Shown: positions 21,046-35,500, numbered from the stretch's first letter. The stretch is 64,000 nt of DNA from Yuukianura sp. NJ FZ-2021 (GCA_046563655.1 CM102288.1:4836001-4900000); one strand, 5' to 3'. Made by a program: numbers and translations. Notes: generated by a model from the letters alone, not told the origin.

Positions 21046-24000
21046 ATGTTTGAAAAGTCCAAACGGAGCTTGGTGGCTGCCACTCGCGGTGGGACTTACC
21101 GAGTCCGTGACTCTTCTGCCCCACCAGGAACTTCTGCCGGGACTTTCTCTAATCATCCCACAAGACCAAAGTCCCTCAGCATCACCGTCATTTTCCTGGA
21201 TGACTCCCAGTTTACTTTCGAAGTGGAGGTGAGACAATCTCAATTTGATCAATACTAAGCTAATCTTTGTAAATCCTTTCCAAAATGGCACAAAAAGTTC
21301 AATTTGTTGTCGTGAGCTTTTCAGAGGAGACTATTGCAAAAATCCATTTTCAGGGAACGAGATTACCCCATTGGGGTGACTTCGCAACAGAGTTTCCGTG
21401 TTTGCTAAAAAGATTGTGAGATTAACTGAGAAAGCGTTTTGTTGTTGTCTTTTGATTAGAAATATGCCAAGGGTTCCGTGCTGCTAGACAAAGTTTACCA
21501 GCACTTGGAGCTAATTGAGCGAGATTACTTTGGATTACAATTCGACGAGCTTTTGCCACCTCCTGAAGTCGTTTACCCCCTCAGCAGTCCACATTTGGTA
21601 AGGTCAAAGGTCACTAAAAGTACAGAAAAGTCAATTTTTTGAAAACATTTTACTTTTTTGACAGAGATGGATCGAATCATCGAAATTACTTAAGAAGCAA
21701 ATACGCTTCACGAAACCAGCAACAAGTCAAACGCTTCCGCATTCTTCGTCAAAGAAGGGGTCAGGGGTCAACGGGCACGGCGAACCGATGAAAGCTTCGT
21801 CTAGTGGCTTCGTCAACTCGTGTCCACCAGGGAACCAACCGGGATACCCTTGGGCCACGGTGTACTTCCGAGTCAAGTTCTTTGTCGAGGATCCATCCAG
21901 ACTCAACGAGGAATACACACGATACCATGTCTACCTCCAGGTTAATCATGAATTAATGATTAATTAAGAATGATTCAATTCAATTAACTTACTTTGTGTG
22001 TCACAATTGGTTGTAGGTTCGGAAGGACGTTCTGGAAGGCCGTTTGGTCACGACACCTTCCTCTGCTTGTCTCCTGGCTTCTTACGCCGTCCAGTCTGAA
22101 CTCGGTGACTTCAATGACGAAGAGCACGACGACTACGGTTACTACCTCCGACACTATTCAACAACGCACTTTATCAATTCTTCCTTCCGCAGTGGTGAAG
22201 ACTTTATGCGAAAAATTGCACAGTTGCACCGTGCACACAAAAGCCAAACTCCGGCAGACGCAGAGTTTAACTACTTGGACCATGCTAAAAGACTGGAGGG
22301 CTATGGTGTTTCGTTTCATCGTGTCCGTGACAGCATGGGCAAGGAAATCCAAGTAGGTGTATCTGCTCGTGGACTCGCCGTGTACCACAATGGAATCAGA
22401 ATCAACAATTTCAGTTGGTCCAAAATTACCAAAATTGCTTTCAAGCGGAAGAGTTTCTTCATTCAACTAAGAAGAGAACAGGTAATGCATTAAAAATTCT
22501 TAAAAACTGAATTTTTAAAAACTTACAGAAGTAAAAAATTATGATTACCTTTTCTAAATGCTGGTTTTGTATTGACAGTCAGAAGACTACGACACGCTTT
22601 TGATGTTCGACTGCTTCCAGTACCGAAGTTGCAAATTGCTCTGGAAGAGCTGTGTAGAACATCACGCTTTTTTCCGTCTCAGCGTTCCGCCAGTTCCTGC
22701 CAAACGCACGAGTCTTCTTCTGTTGACGCTCGGATCAAAGTTTCGGTATTCCGGTAGAACTGAATACCAAACACGAGAGGACAAGTCTTTTCGGAATCTG
22801 TCCAAAGAGCGGGAACGCGAACGCCGAACTTTCTTCCGATCTCCGAGCAAACGACTCCTTCTTCTGCGACAGACCCTGCGAACAAAAACAGTAGAGGAGA
22901 AGGAGCCTCAGAAACAAGAAGAAAATCATCACGTCAACTTGGATTTGGATCTCACTGCCAACACAAGTCCTTCTTTCGACCACACTCCATATGCCGACCA
23001 ATACCCACGTCCAAGCATGCATCGAAGTGCCAATATCATGAATCTCAAAGTGGCCGCAGCAACAGGCAAAGTTCAATCTTCACAAGACAAGGAACCTCGA
23101 AAGGCTTGGGGTCAACGGAGTCCAAAAATGTCAGACGAGTAAGTCCTAAAAACATCAAAACAAAAAAACAAAAATTCAATTAAAAATTAAAAATAACTTC
23201 AAAATATAAAAAAAAATTAAATTCGAAATTCAGTTCAAAATTTCAAAATTACTATTTCAAAACTGCAGTGAAGGCGGTTTTCTTGATCCTGGCGTCATTC
23301 TTCATCCATCTCCAACAGAGACTCAAATGACTGTGACCAATCGAATTGCTTATGCCGATGATGAAGAGAATTCCCAGACTCAATATGAGGTAACCACTAA
23401 AACATAGAGGTTTTGTTAACCGAGAGTCAAAAATTAAAGAATTTTCGAAAAATATTAAAACAAAAAATTACCTCAGGACGGAAACGTTTTCATTCGGCTG
23501 GAGCCAGACAGGCAAGGGAAGTTCGGTTTCAACGTCAAGGGCGGGGCTGACATGAACTGTCCCGTCCTGGTGTCACGAGTGGCTCCTGGGACACCAGCAG
23601 ACCAGTGTTATCCAAAACTGACCGAAGGTGACCAATTGGTGGCCATCAATGCCATCAACACTTCGGCCATGACTCACAGAGAAGTTGTCAATACCATTCG
23701 ACAGGCTGCCACCGTCCGAAAAGAACTCATCCTCAAAGTTCGGCAGAACGGTATGAAGTTTCTGCAAAATTTTTGACGAGAAAAGTTGACGATCCGCGAT
23801 CTGGAATCATGCCTGTGTTGTTTGCAGTGTATACGACTGATGACTTTGAGGAACCAGCGTTCCAGTACGTTCCGGACGTTCCGTTGATCCAAATGTATCC
23901 GTCTAGAAGTGGTGAACTGCTGAGTCCCCTCATTTCGTCAATGCTTCTGTTGACAGAGTCCATCGAGTCAGATTCCATTTCGACCCAGTTCGAACTAGTC

Positions 24001-25313
24001 TTCAGGCGGAAACACGGACTCACTTGCGACGCAGCAAAGCTAGCGGAAAACATTGCCAAAAATAGATACAGAGACATCTCACCATGTTAGTTCCAAAAAA
24101 AAATTTCTAATATTATGAAATACTTAAAAATATTCAAACTAAAATTTTTAAACCTACGTTTCAGACGATACGAGTCGAGTCGTCCTCCAGTCTTCTCCTA
24201 CCGGTGACTATATCAATGCCAACTATGTCACAATGGAGATTCCGGTGTCAGGGGTAGTCAATCGATACATTGCAACGCAAGGTCCGCTGTCCTCTACGTG
24301 TGTTGACTTCTGGGTCATGATTTGTAAGAACTCCTGAACAAACCATCAAAAAACAAAAACAAAAACAAGTGAATTTTTGAATTCAGCAAAATTAAATTTT
24401 TGAAAAATTTTGATTTCAGGGGAAACACAAAGTCCTTTGATTGTCATGCTTACGCCGATCTGTGAACGAGGGCGGGTCAAGTGTCATCCATATTGGCCAC
24501 AAAGTGTCAAGTCCTCAGTCATCTACCACCAAATCCAGATCACAACGGCCAGGGAATCCAAACTTCCACACTGGATTCAACGGGAATTTTTGCTCAAACA
24601 TCTTGAGGTAATTCAACATGCGGATTTCTAAAATAGTACACAAATAAAATACAAAAATTAGATTGGTAATCAAGAGGTTAAAAATTCAAAAGTGACGTGT
24701 TTAAAACAAAATGTTAAAAATTCTGCAGACCTTCGAGGAGCGAGTTGTTTTGCAACTGCAATTCCAATCCTGGCCTGATCATGGCGTCCCGGACGATCCG
24801 CTAGCTTTCATACGATTTGTCGAACAAGTAAGAACGCAGACATAAGTTAACTTCGGTGCGCTCGTAATGTAAATGTTGACTTAAGTTTTTTTTTGCATGC
24901 GTAGGTTCGAAAGGCCAAGTTGGGAACGGTAGAGCCAACGGTTGTCCACTGCTCTGCTGGGATTGGTCGGACGGGCGTTTTAATTTTAATGGAAACCGCG
25001 GAATGCTTGATCGAAGCCAATCAACCAGTCTATCCACTCGAAATAGTCACGCAAATGAGAAACCAAAGACCCCTCATGATTCAGACGCCTGTAAGTGAAC
25101 AAAAAGTTAATCAATTAAATATAAATAAATTAATTAATTACATGAAATTAACATTGTATGTTGGAAATTCAGAGTCAATACCGCTTCGTGTGTCAGTCTG
25201 CCCTGAAAGTGTACCAGCAGGGGCTGATCCGCCCACTTCCCGAGTTCAGTATGGCCTCTCCGCAGAAACAGTTGGGAAGAACGAATGCTTTTAACATTTG
25301 GGGACAGAGCTAA
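21046..25313 (+). CDS. Ptpmeg: FERM-PDZ-tyrosine phosphatase, PTPN3/PTPN4 family
   Basis: FERM (FLDDS..., [48 protein letters not shown]); PDZ ([12 protein letters not shown]); PTP ([51 protein letters not shown]). A probable non-coding first exon ends at 18842. Confidence 0.95.
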
Positions 25314-25653
25314 AGCCAGCCTATTTTTGTATTCATTTTCCAACACTAGTTCAGTCACTCTGTACGATCTTCAAAAAACTATAGATTAGGAAAGCGTTTC
25401 AAGAAAACTGTTTGTACTAGCCAATGTTTGGGACGAAGTATTAGACACATTGACTGGCGTTGAGATGATCAACCCAGGATACAACTTATTCATCAGTTGT
25501 TTTACTTACGGTTCTCCATTTCAATGTTGAGTTAAGCAAAACAAAGTTTTAGTTTACCTTATATTCTAAAGGTCTGTTCTGTTCTGTGATAAATAAAGTG
25601 TAGACGACAAAAAAGAAAGTTCGACGAGCTGCCATTTCCAGTAAGTTTCAGAT

Positions 25654-28650
25654 TTACTCCGGGATTAGATTTGCGTATCTAAAAAAATTAGTAAACTCGC
25701 AATGTGATTCCACTTTGTCATAAAATTGCAATAATCTTACTTGGGGTCGTACAGCTCCAGACGAGATCGTAAAATATTTGGTCCAATCAACTCTGCCAGT
25801 TCTCTGACACACTCTCTCCCGGTTGATGAGATCATAGGATTCATGCACTCCTACGAAAAAAAAAAAAACGAAATGCACAAAATCCGTAACATTTTCAAAA
25901 AAATTGTCTTTTTGGACAACGGTAAGCGGTATTTCAAAATTCTAACCACAGTGTAGATGATGGGCTCAAGACAAGCCTGTAGTGATTCCTTGAAATGTTT
26001 TTTACCAATGGCCTTTCCTAGCAATGGCGTCACCTTGCAAAACGTTTCTAGGACGGTCCTAAAAAATTGTGACAAATTCAAAAAATGAAACATTTTTCGG
26101 CTAATATGGTTTGGTTTACCAGTGTTCCGGATAATTTCGGAGCTCAGTAGTTTTGAGGACGAGTGGAACCAGTTCTTTGAGATCACCCTTCAACGAATCT
26201 AGACTTGCTAGTGCCCCCACTAGGTACAGACAGCTACACAACACAAAAATGTACAGCCTTTTACGCTTAAGATTTTCAGAACAGTATAACAATAAGTTTC
26301 AACTTACCCGTCTGCATGATGCCAAGGTTGTGGAACTTTACTCTTCCTACAGCTGAGACAAGGGCTGTTAAAATTCGATGTCGTTCCAGCCATGAATCGC
26401 ATGAGGGATTCTGATGACACAACTACTTTGCCAGGTACAGCAAACTCACACTGCGGTTCGTGTTGGGCACAAGCATCTTCATCATGAACCACACGAGAAG
26501 TGGTTTCATGGTCGTCTTGGGGTTGCGGACTCACGTTTCCCGAGTCGTTCCAACTCCAATCCTTCATTCCATCAATTCCACTTAGACCTGCTTTCAGTTC
26601 TGGAAGAATCACTTGCCACGCCTCCGTTCCGTACGCCTCGGCAATATTTCCCAGCGCTGTAGCAGCTCCTTGACGTAAAAGTCGAATAGGGTCTTTCAAG
26701 TTTCCGAAGAGTAATGCGTAAATTTCAGGTAAGAAGGACTGTGATTCTTGAGGATAGTGCAGCAGAAAATTCCCAATGGCGAGACAAGCAGCTGAAAAAA
26801 AAATGAAAAATTTTACAAAAGTTTAGAACCCGTTCTTTTGTTTGTTTTGAAAAGTTTGATTAACTCACCGTCCCTGACAGACCAACTTTCGTTCTTGGCA
26901 CAAAGTACTAGAGCTTCCAGGAGTGAAGAAGCATGCGGCAAAACCGCAGTGCGTTCAATTTTGGTAGCGAGCTCTGCAATACAAGCACATGCTGTCTCTC
27001 TTTCAGCAAGATTTGTTGAATTACAAGATTTCAAGTAGCAATCAACCTGGAAAGACAAACAAAACAGAAACTATCAAACTTATTTTTGAACATAATGCAG
27101 CTCTGTAAATTCAAAATGCGACATACAATGTTTTCCATGTATTTTGCAACCAAGTGCCTCCCTTCCGTGCCCACGATGAGTTTCCAGGACTCCTGGATAT
27201 GAACCCGAATTCCCTCTGCAGTGTAATAGCGATTCAAACACAGTTTCGGAAGCAGGACGGGGTAAAATTCTTCTTTGTCTTTAGCGTAGGCCAGAAAAAA
27301 TGACCGAGTCGCAACAGCTGAAGCCATACGAACCTGAGGCAATTCATACGAAAAACGTTTAAATCCAGAAATGTGTGTTTTAAAATTTTGTAATGACGCT
27401 TTTTTAGACAATTTTAGTAGAAAAGTATTAATCTAAAGTAAGGCCACTCACTTGGTTCCAGTTATCCGAAAGTCCCACAGCAAGATGATTTGAAAGCTGA
27501 TGTGCGACTTCTCTCATGTCTTCCGGAGCTAAATCCGAATAAATCAGCGTTAATTAAGCGTGTACAGATTTCAAAACCTTGTCAAAGCAATTATGTGATT
27601 TACCAGAAGTTATCAGCGCGTTACAAATTTGGAAACCAGTTTCTCTGACGTACCGCACTGGATGCGACAAGCATTTGAAGGTTAGCGTGAGAATTCTTTG
27701 TTCCATAAATGGGACGAATTCCGGTCCTAAGTTCTCTATCATGAAATGAAGACATTTGAGACCCGGTTCAAGTTGGTTCCAACCCAAAGACTCCTTGATG
27801 ACTTTCTGTCGAATTACAACTGCTGGCAGATTCACGTCGAAACCCTGAAGTTAAGATTCAGAAATTATGTTTCGGAAATTCCTAGGTTTCGATTAATTGA
27901 ATGAATTTGTTACTTGTTCTGCAGATTTAAGTTCATCTTCTTCTGGAATAACACACACTGTGTTCAAGTTTTCGGTGACGAGATGTAGAACGACGTTGCG
28001 ACTAACTTCATAAACCGAAGGCCCAGCGTGCTTGCTCATAAAGCCAAGAACTCCGCCCGCTGCTAACTGAACTCGAATACGAGGATGAGTCAACAAAGTG
28101 ATTGCGGCGTCCCGTACTTTACGCAGGAACTCCGTGTCCTCTGCGTTGCTAAATGAAATGAGTGGATAGCACGCCATCAAGTATCCATGTTTTTGCTCCC
28201 AGTGCGAGTGCTCCTCGGAAATTGAATTTGAGCGTGAAATTGGCCTTGATCCTTCCGTTTGTTCATCTGTGTTAGTGCTACTGGGCCTACTTGTTGATGG
28301 TATGTCCTCCTCTTCCGCTAGCAATCCATTCAAAACCGCTTCTTGTAATCGTTGTTTTCCAGTCCTGATTGTTTCTCTGTAATGATAAACAAAATTACAA
28401 CATCTTGAGCATGACAAATGTAATCCAGCTAATCCAGCATTAAAGAACATCACAACTTGTTTTTTATATTACGGTGTCTGTGTTTGGCTAACCTGCTCAC
28501 ACTCTCTTCACTGGAAATTTCCCAAGCTTTGAGCAGTTTATCTAATTTGACAACACCTCTCTCCCGACTCAGTTTCATAGGACTGTCCAGAAGCTCCAGC
28601 ACACCTTCGACAGTAATCGGTGGCTCGGTTTCTCCTTCTTTGAGTTCCAT
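25654..28650 (-). CDS. HEAT/ARM-repeat protein, uncharacterised, multi-exon
   Basis: Successive minus-strand helical-repeat exons: LLTHPRIRVQLAAGGVLG, CLSHPVRYVRETG, GLSDNW, VRMASAVATR, ERETACACIAEL, ESWSVRD, KDPIRLLRQGAATALG. Final exons ...LIGPNILRSRLELYDPKYANLIPE*. Confidence 0.8.
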
Positions 28651-29890
28651 GCCAGTTAATTACTTCTCCGACTTCGCGTAGTAGAAAATGTTTCGATCTT
28701 GATCTTCTAATGGACGGGGATGTCTTTCCACTTTCGGAGCAAAGTACTTTTGGACAACAAGCCAAAACTAGAACTACACCACGTTCAGTTTTGGATTACA
28801 TTAATTTAATTTAATTAGATGACTTCATCTAAAATCAAATCCTTCATCTTCAGTAAAATGACGACAGAAAAATTGTGATTTATTTTTGATTACACAAAGT
28901 AAATAAGAACGGTCGGAGTAGGAGTGAGTACAAATAGCACCTACAGGCCCTGTCCCATTACTAACCATTGTGCGACATAACACTAATGTAATCAAGTGAT
29001 CAATGTAATCATGAGATAACAAGTTCCTAATATTACATTAGAACAAATTGTAATAACTTTAAAAAAGCGAACATAAATAATCTCAATTATTGATAACTTT
29101 AAATCTATTAAAGGATTATACAAAGTCATTTATAGTATAAATTAAAAGTTTGGGTGTTCGGTGGAATGTGGGTGGGGCAGAGTAGGATTCCGAGAGTCCA
29201 CTTGGAGGAATTTGAATCTGTCAAAATGCAAAAAGAGCGAGAAAGAGGCATGTCCACTACAGTCCATGTTATTTAGGAAAGACGGGAAGAATACTTGGTC
29301 TTGTCCGCAGTAAACCCCTCTCCAGCCACTCCAGCGTGAAAGCCCGCTGATCGTACCTCCACTCCGCTGGAAGAACTTTATCTTTTAGTAATTTCAGTAC
29401 ACAACTATTTTATAACCTTTAAGAGCTAGATAATGTAAGTAAACAGCAAGAAGACACAAATAGTAATCTACTTCTACACACCAACAACCGTTATTTCGTA
29501 AGTGTTTTTATTATGTGCTACATTGTTGTGAAAGGACGAGAAAATAATTAACTAAAATTTCACAAAAAATTTACTTTTTTTAGTTCACGTGATGCAAGAC
29601 AAAGGTTGAACTGCATCTTGAGTCTTGACTACATTGGCTTCATGTTCAAGGCTAAAGATAATTTCATCTTCGAGTACGATTGTGCCACCGCACCGCCACC
29701 ACCACAAAGTAAGTACATACTAAAGTTATAAAGAAAGGAAACTAAGCTTAAAGGAGAAAGGCAGTAAGTGGTCCTTATGTAATGCTAAATGATTGTTTTG
29801 TGTCTCATTGTTGCAGAAGCACTTGGACCCTGACGTGGAACCAGTGTCATTACGTTGTAGGTCAAAGTTGTGGACGATATGAAAGCAGCC

Positions 29891-31506
29891 ATGACTTGTA
29901 AATTTAAAAACTTCCTTGCTTTGGTCATAAGTGTTTCCATCACGAGTCTCATCTTCCTCTGCTTCTTTGTGCGTGATCAACCCGTGGATATTAGATCATT
30001 TGTAACAGAGACTCACAAACAGTTCAAAACTCTTCAGGTAAGAAGCAACTTGCTTAATCGTTGCCAGAATGTCTGCTTCTCCTTGTAATATGATCTGTGA
30101 GATGTAAACTTTTATTTGTTTGTTCTAGCAAAACTTCCCGTACCCAAGAACAAGTGATCGGAAGTTAGAAGTGGAGGAAAAGTATCTGGAGCAGCTAGGG
30201 TTCAAGGAAGAGTCTGCTTCACATGGTCCAAATTATGTCGCAACTGACATAAATCTCAACAAATTAAATCTTCCTGTAGTAATTGTGTCTGCGGTAAGCC
30301 TGACATCTATATTTTATGCAATATTTTATTATTTCAATTGATCGTGTTTGTGACAGATATCTAAAAGTGACATTGGAGATGAAGAAGACTTCCTTCGGAG
30401 TGTTGAGTCAGCCTTTCCATCCAATCCAATCGTTTTGTGGGACTTAGAAACAACGACAGCTCCCAAGGGAGAAGACACCGTCTTCTCACTTGAACTCAAA
30501 CAGATTTGCAACTCTACCAAATGCGCCGTTGAACGATTCCCGTTTGATGACTATCCGGATCACGTTAGGGATACCAGTATTCATGCCTACCGACCACTTA
30601 TTCTTCAGGTACCTGTTCAAACGAAAATTAAACGTTTACAATCGTCCAATTTTGAACAGAACTGGTCATGTATAGCTCATTGTTGTTTAGATGATGCTGG
30701 ATCGTGGTGGGTGCATTTTGTGGCTGGATATAAAGCGACGCCTGGTTCCACTTGCGAAGGAAAAGTTGGGTGAATTTCTATCGTTGGCCATAACCGGAGG
30801 AAGTGAAGGAATTGTTGGCTGGTCGGAAGGGCGTGCGGGTCTCGTAAGTAGTTTATGATTTCTGAGCCAGGCATTGGATCAGAATTAAGTAAAATTGTAG
30901 GTTATAAACGTCTTGTTTGCGTGCAATAATTTTGAAAATGGAACATTTTAGGACATGCACATGACGCATCCCACGTCTGCCCTCAGTCATCCCAAAATGT
31001 TCTCATTCTTCGACACTGATGTGGAAAATTACTTTTTTCATCGGATGATTGATCCAGCTCAATTGCTCCTCTGTAACACGCAGGCTGTTCACTCAAAGGT
31101 ATATTTTTAGCAAACAAACGAGAAAACGTTTTATTTTTACTTAAGATCCATCGTTTTGATTTTCAGATCATGCTCCCTTGGATTAAATGCAGTCTGCTGA
31201 AAGAATGTATCTCTCCCTTTGGAGCTCAGTCAACAGGGTGTCGATTTGACAAGAAGCCTCTTTACAGATACTCTGGTTGTCACGCGGTAATTAATCCTTA
31301 ATCCTTAACGTAATCTTTTGATTGGTACTGAAGAAATAGTTGTTAAATCCAAGTACTTTTGTTCTTTTCAAAAGTACGACGCATCAGCACTGAACGTGGC
31401 GCTTGGAATTGCATTTCCTTTGCACCAACCCTACATTGCGAGGACTCCAATAAGTCAACTTCCAGAAGAGTCAGCCGCTGCCAACTTAACCATAACTGGC
31501 AACTGA
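29891..31506 (+). CDS. Type II membrane protein, DUF1647-like (putative glycosyltransferase-type fold), multi-exon
   Basis: N-terminal anchor FLALVISVSITSLIFLCFFV. Motifs FPFDDYPDHV, HAYRPLILQ, ILWLD, SHPKMFSFF, MLPWIKC, CISPFGAQSTGCRFDKKPLYRYSGCHAYDASALNVALG. Start could be 29879. Confidence 0.75.
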
Positions 31507-32505
31507 ATGAGGTTTGCAGTATAAAATCGAGACTCAAGAGAATTGGTGGATGGGTTTGGTGCTTTCTGGCTGTGGGTGAGGAAACGGGAGTTTTCTACCA
31601 GTACTTTGCAAAACGGATACATTACATTGCTTCCTTCCACCACTTGAAAACGAACTAGGAGTGTAAAATAGCATTTAGAACGATTCATTCCAGCTATGCT
31701 ATGCAAACTGTCACAAGCTAACAAATGCTCTTCATCTAAGAATGTTTTCCCTATCGAGTACCTGTGCACGTAAGATATTGGTTAATTATGATATTATTAT
31801 TCCATGTCCGTTGAAACGCCACTTTTCGCTACAACTTTCTTTGTCCATCGACAGGGAACTTGAAAAGGTCGCTGTTATTACTGTTATGAATAGAATTTTC
31901 CTTAGTGCAGAATTTACTTATTAGTTAGTCGCAAGCTTGATTGCTAGTCAAAATGAAAACGAAGATTACGAAGTTTTCAAAACTGCATCTCAATCGTCAA
32001 GCTCAAAGTTCAGGAAGCCTTCTGTTTGGTCCTCATTATCTGTGTTGTCATTTTGTTATTATATTATATTGACATGATGCTTTTAAAGTCAGATTTTGTT
32101 AAAACTGTCGTAAATGTTTTAATTAATTGAATTTCTGACTGTTCAATAAAAGCGTCTGAAAAAAAAACAGTGTGGAGTACAACTTTAGCCGTTGTCATGG
32201 CAACAGACACTTGGATCGAGATTGTCGTTTGTTTACTTTGAGAAGTTTGGTGGAAGCCTCTGCGCGCGCTCGCTTGAGCGTGTTTAGCTTTCATTCCTTC
32301 AGTGGAAGTCCAGCAGCCCACTTCGGAGGACGAGAACTTCTCGTCGAGAAGGAATCTTCAGCCAACTCAGAATTCAGAGGCAGAGTGTCAACATCTAGAG
32401 ATTTTGGACTACTTAACTTAGACTACACTACGATATTGCCAGTGAGGACTCAGGACGTCAGTAATTTGTGAAATCACGTCCCGCCCGGAGGAATTTTAAC
32501 GTAAG

Positions 32506-32518
32506 AGGTCAATGACCT
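32506..32518. promoter_or_regulatory. Perfect IR1 palindrome AGGTCAATGACCT just inside a 5'UTR intron donor
   Basis: GTAAG-AGGTCAATGACCT at 32501-32518. Confidence 0.4.
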
Positions 32519-32593
32519 TTGGCAAATCTATTCCTCATGCGCTGCTGGTTTCTGACCATGCTTTGTCTTTGTGTACTTCAGGTTAGACTAATC

Positions 32594-35500
32594 ATGGCGA
32601 CGAATCCAAAGATGACACAGCAGGGAACTGCTACGGATGCGGACGACTCACCTACTCTTACCAACGGACCGGGACGAGTTGCACCTCCAAGGAATGACCC
32701 ATTTCATGGACCTGGATCAAACCGACCACATCAGCCACCACGTGGCTACCATCCATCCAATTACAATCCTCAACATTACCATCCGCGTGGCAATGAGGGA
32801 TACTATGGACCAACTCGACCATTCACTCAGCCATTGGCTGCTGGAGATAGCTACGCGTCACGACATCCTGGTCGCCCTGTTATACCTCATTTGTGTGACG
32901 AAACAAGCAATCAGTCGCAGGGTGCTGGACGAAATTCAAGACTTTACGGTAAACGATCTAATCCACAGCAGCATAACTTCAGAGATCGGGATCTGGATAG
33001 CATTCCAGAGTTTATTCCATCTCGTCGTTTCCATCCGCAACCACCTCCACATCCATATTCGGCTCAAGTGAACTTTGAATATCTGCATGCTTCAAGTTCC
33101 AGACACAACTTCGAATGTAAGCAATTATTTGTTCTTTGTTAAGTTATTGGTGGTTTGATTATTATGGTTTCTTTCATCATGTATTGTTTTTTAGGTGCGA
33201 ATGGAATGAATGATACAGCTTCAGAATACTCGACTCAGTCACATCATTCTGACAGCAGTGGTCAGCTGTACGTGGGTCCAGATACTCAGCAAACTGGAAC
33301 GGAAGGTCAGGTTCTTGTTCCACAGCCACAGCCACAATTTACTGTTTGGCCAGTACCAGGTCAACTACCTAACCAACAAACCGGTCCGGTAGTGATGCCA
33401 CCTCTGCCTCCAGGATATCCACCAGTTCTCGTTGGCCCACATTATGTGATCATTTTTAACTCAAACCCGCCACAACCAGGTAACCAACCTCCGAATTTGG
33501 GAAATCTTCCACCAAGTGTTGTGTACGTTGGGCAACAGAACCAACCACAGCAACCGATGCCGACGTTTGATCCGAGTGCTGGGACGTACAACTACGGTAA
33601 ACTTTTGCATTTTATATTGAATTGACGTTGTTCAGCATTCACTAGTCGTTGGTTTTTCACCATCTTTGATTGGCTTTTTTTTTTCCAGAGAATCCAAATC
33701 CTACTGGCGAGTTTGACTACACTGCAATCTTCGACCCCAACTATGGACTTCCTCCATTCTTGACGGAAGTTGGTGGTAATGTGCAGGTTCCACGTCCTTA
33801 TGCACCGGAGCATGAGCAGCCGTCATCAGGTCTTCCGCCATTAGGAACTGTTTACTACGCCCAGCCGATTCACGTTCCTCACCTTCAGCAAGCTTCTGAA
33901 CACGCTTGGACTTCTGGTGAAGAAAATGGTAAAGTGTGAAAATGTTTTGCATTGAAACGATTTCCATTTTGTTGCTGGAATTTTCAACGAAATCCCACGA
34001 CTATTTAAAAAAAAGTTTAAAAAAAGCTGTAATAGTTGGTTTTTTATAATTTTCCTTCCAGGAACCACTGCTGGGCATTCGGAATCGGAAGGAACTCTTC
34101 ACCATTCTGTCACGGCCTCGACCTCAACCTCTTCAATGAAACTGAATCCGAAGGCGTCTGAGTTCGTTCCCAAGGAACACCAGAACCTGCTCAACTGTCA
34201 TAGTTGTGAGACCAAAGCAGTTTCTCAGGCCGAAACGCAAACGAACAACTCTCTTGACAAATCCTGGTCGGAAGAAATGGAGCATCATGACAGTCATGGA
34301 CGTGGCAGTCCGTCTGCTGTACCTGAACCAGTTCTCTCCAGTACTCCAATTTTTTCCAGCTCGACTTACGTCAATCCAAAGCATCCTCCAGAAAGTCCCG
34401 GTAGACGACGCGGCGGCAACGAAAATGCTTTCACTCCTCGGGGTTTTTGCTTCAATTCTGTTTTTGTATTTTCCTGAATTGTATAACTTGATTGTCTTAT
34501 GTTTAGGACGAGGCGGGTATCATCGAGGAGGTCGTTGGGGAAGTTATGACGAGGAAGGCCAATACGAAGACCAAGAGTACGGCGGTGGTTACGGATATCG
34601 TGGTCGCGGTAGTCGTGGACGTGGAAATCGAGGACGCGGACGTGGACGGGGTCGTGGAGGATTTTATCGAGGAGAGGACTACTACCATGCTGATGGCTCC
34701 TACTCACGTCAACAAGAATACGGCGATCGGGAAAACGACGGTGACAAAGGAAACAGCTCTGGAACAAGTCAACGACGGTAAGTTCATTTTGTTCACTTAT
34801 TTTTTTTCAATTCTTTTCGCAGTTTGGTTTGACTTTGGAAATTTTTTGTTTTTCCAGAGGTGATTCACGTCGTCCACCCCCTGGACCGCCTACTTCTGGA
34901 CCAGCAGCGGTGACAACAGCGCCACACGTAACACTTCCTGGACCTTTCAGCTACGCCACTGCTCTTGCCTCTGGCTTGAACCCAGTGCCCGCCCGCTCGT
35001 CATCGAAACCACAAGTTTCGAAGCCCACAAATGCTTTTCCAGAGACTACGACCGAATACGTCAACAGCGCTTACAAAAGCCAGGGACTTCGCAGTGTTGT
35101 TCAGATGGCAGTTTGGGTTAATAGCAATCAAACAGAAAGCTCGACGCTTGACAGCACTGATTTTCCAGCGATTGGAACTTCTCAAAAACAAGCTGCAGCA
35201 CAAGTAAGATCTAAAAAATATTTTCAATTTACGTTTTTGCCACCTTCATCTAAGTTTTTTTCTGTTCTAAATCAGTAATGTCTCATTCCAGAACTCAGCG
35301 ACTTTGATTAAAAAGGGAAATGACGGTGTGAAAATTGAAAACGGAGACAAAAATTCCGAAGAGGAACATGACTCTACTGACAAAGGAGAAAATCAATCTG
35401 AAGACAAGGAATGCGGAGATGACAAGTCGGCTGTTAGCTCCGCCGATACGAACAACAATGACTTACGAAACAAACAGCGATCTGGATCTGACATTGACGC

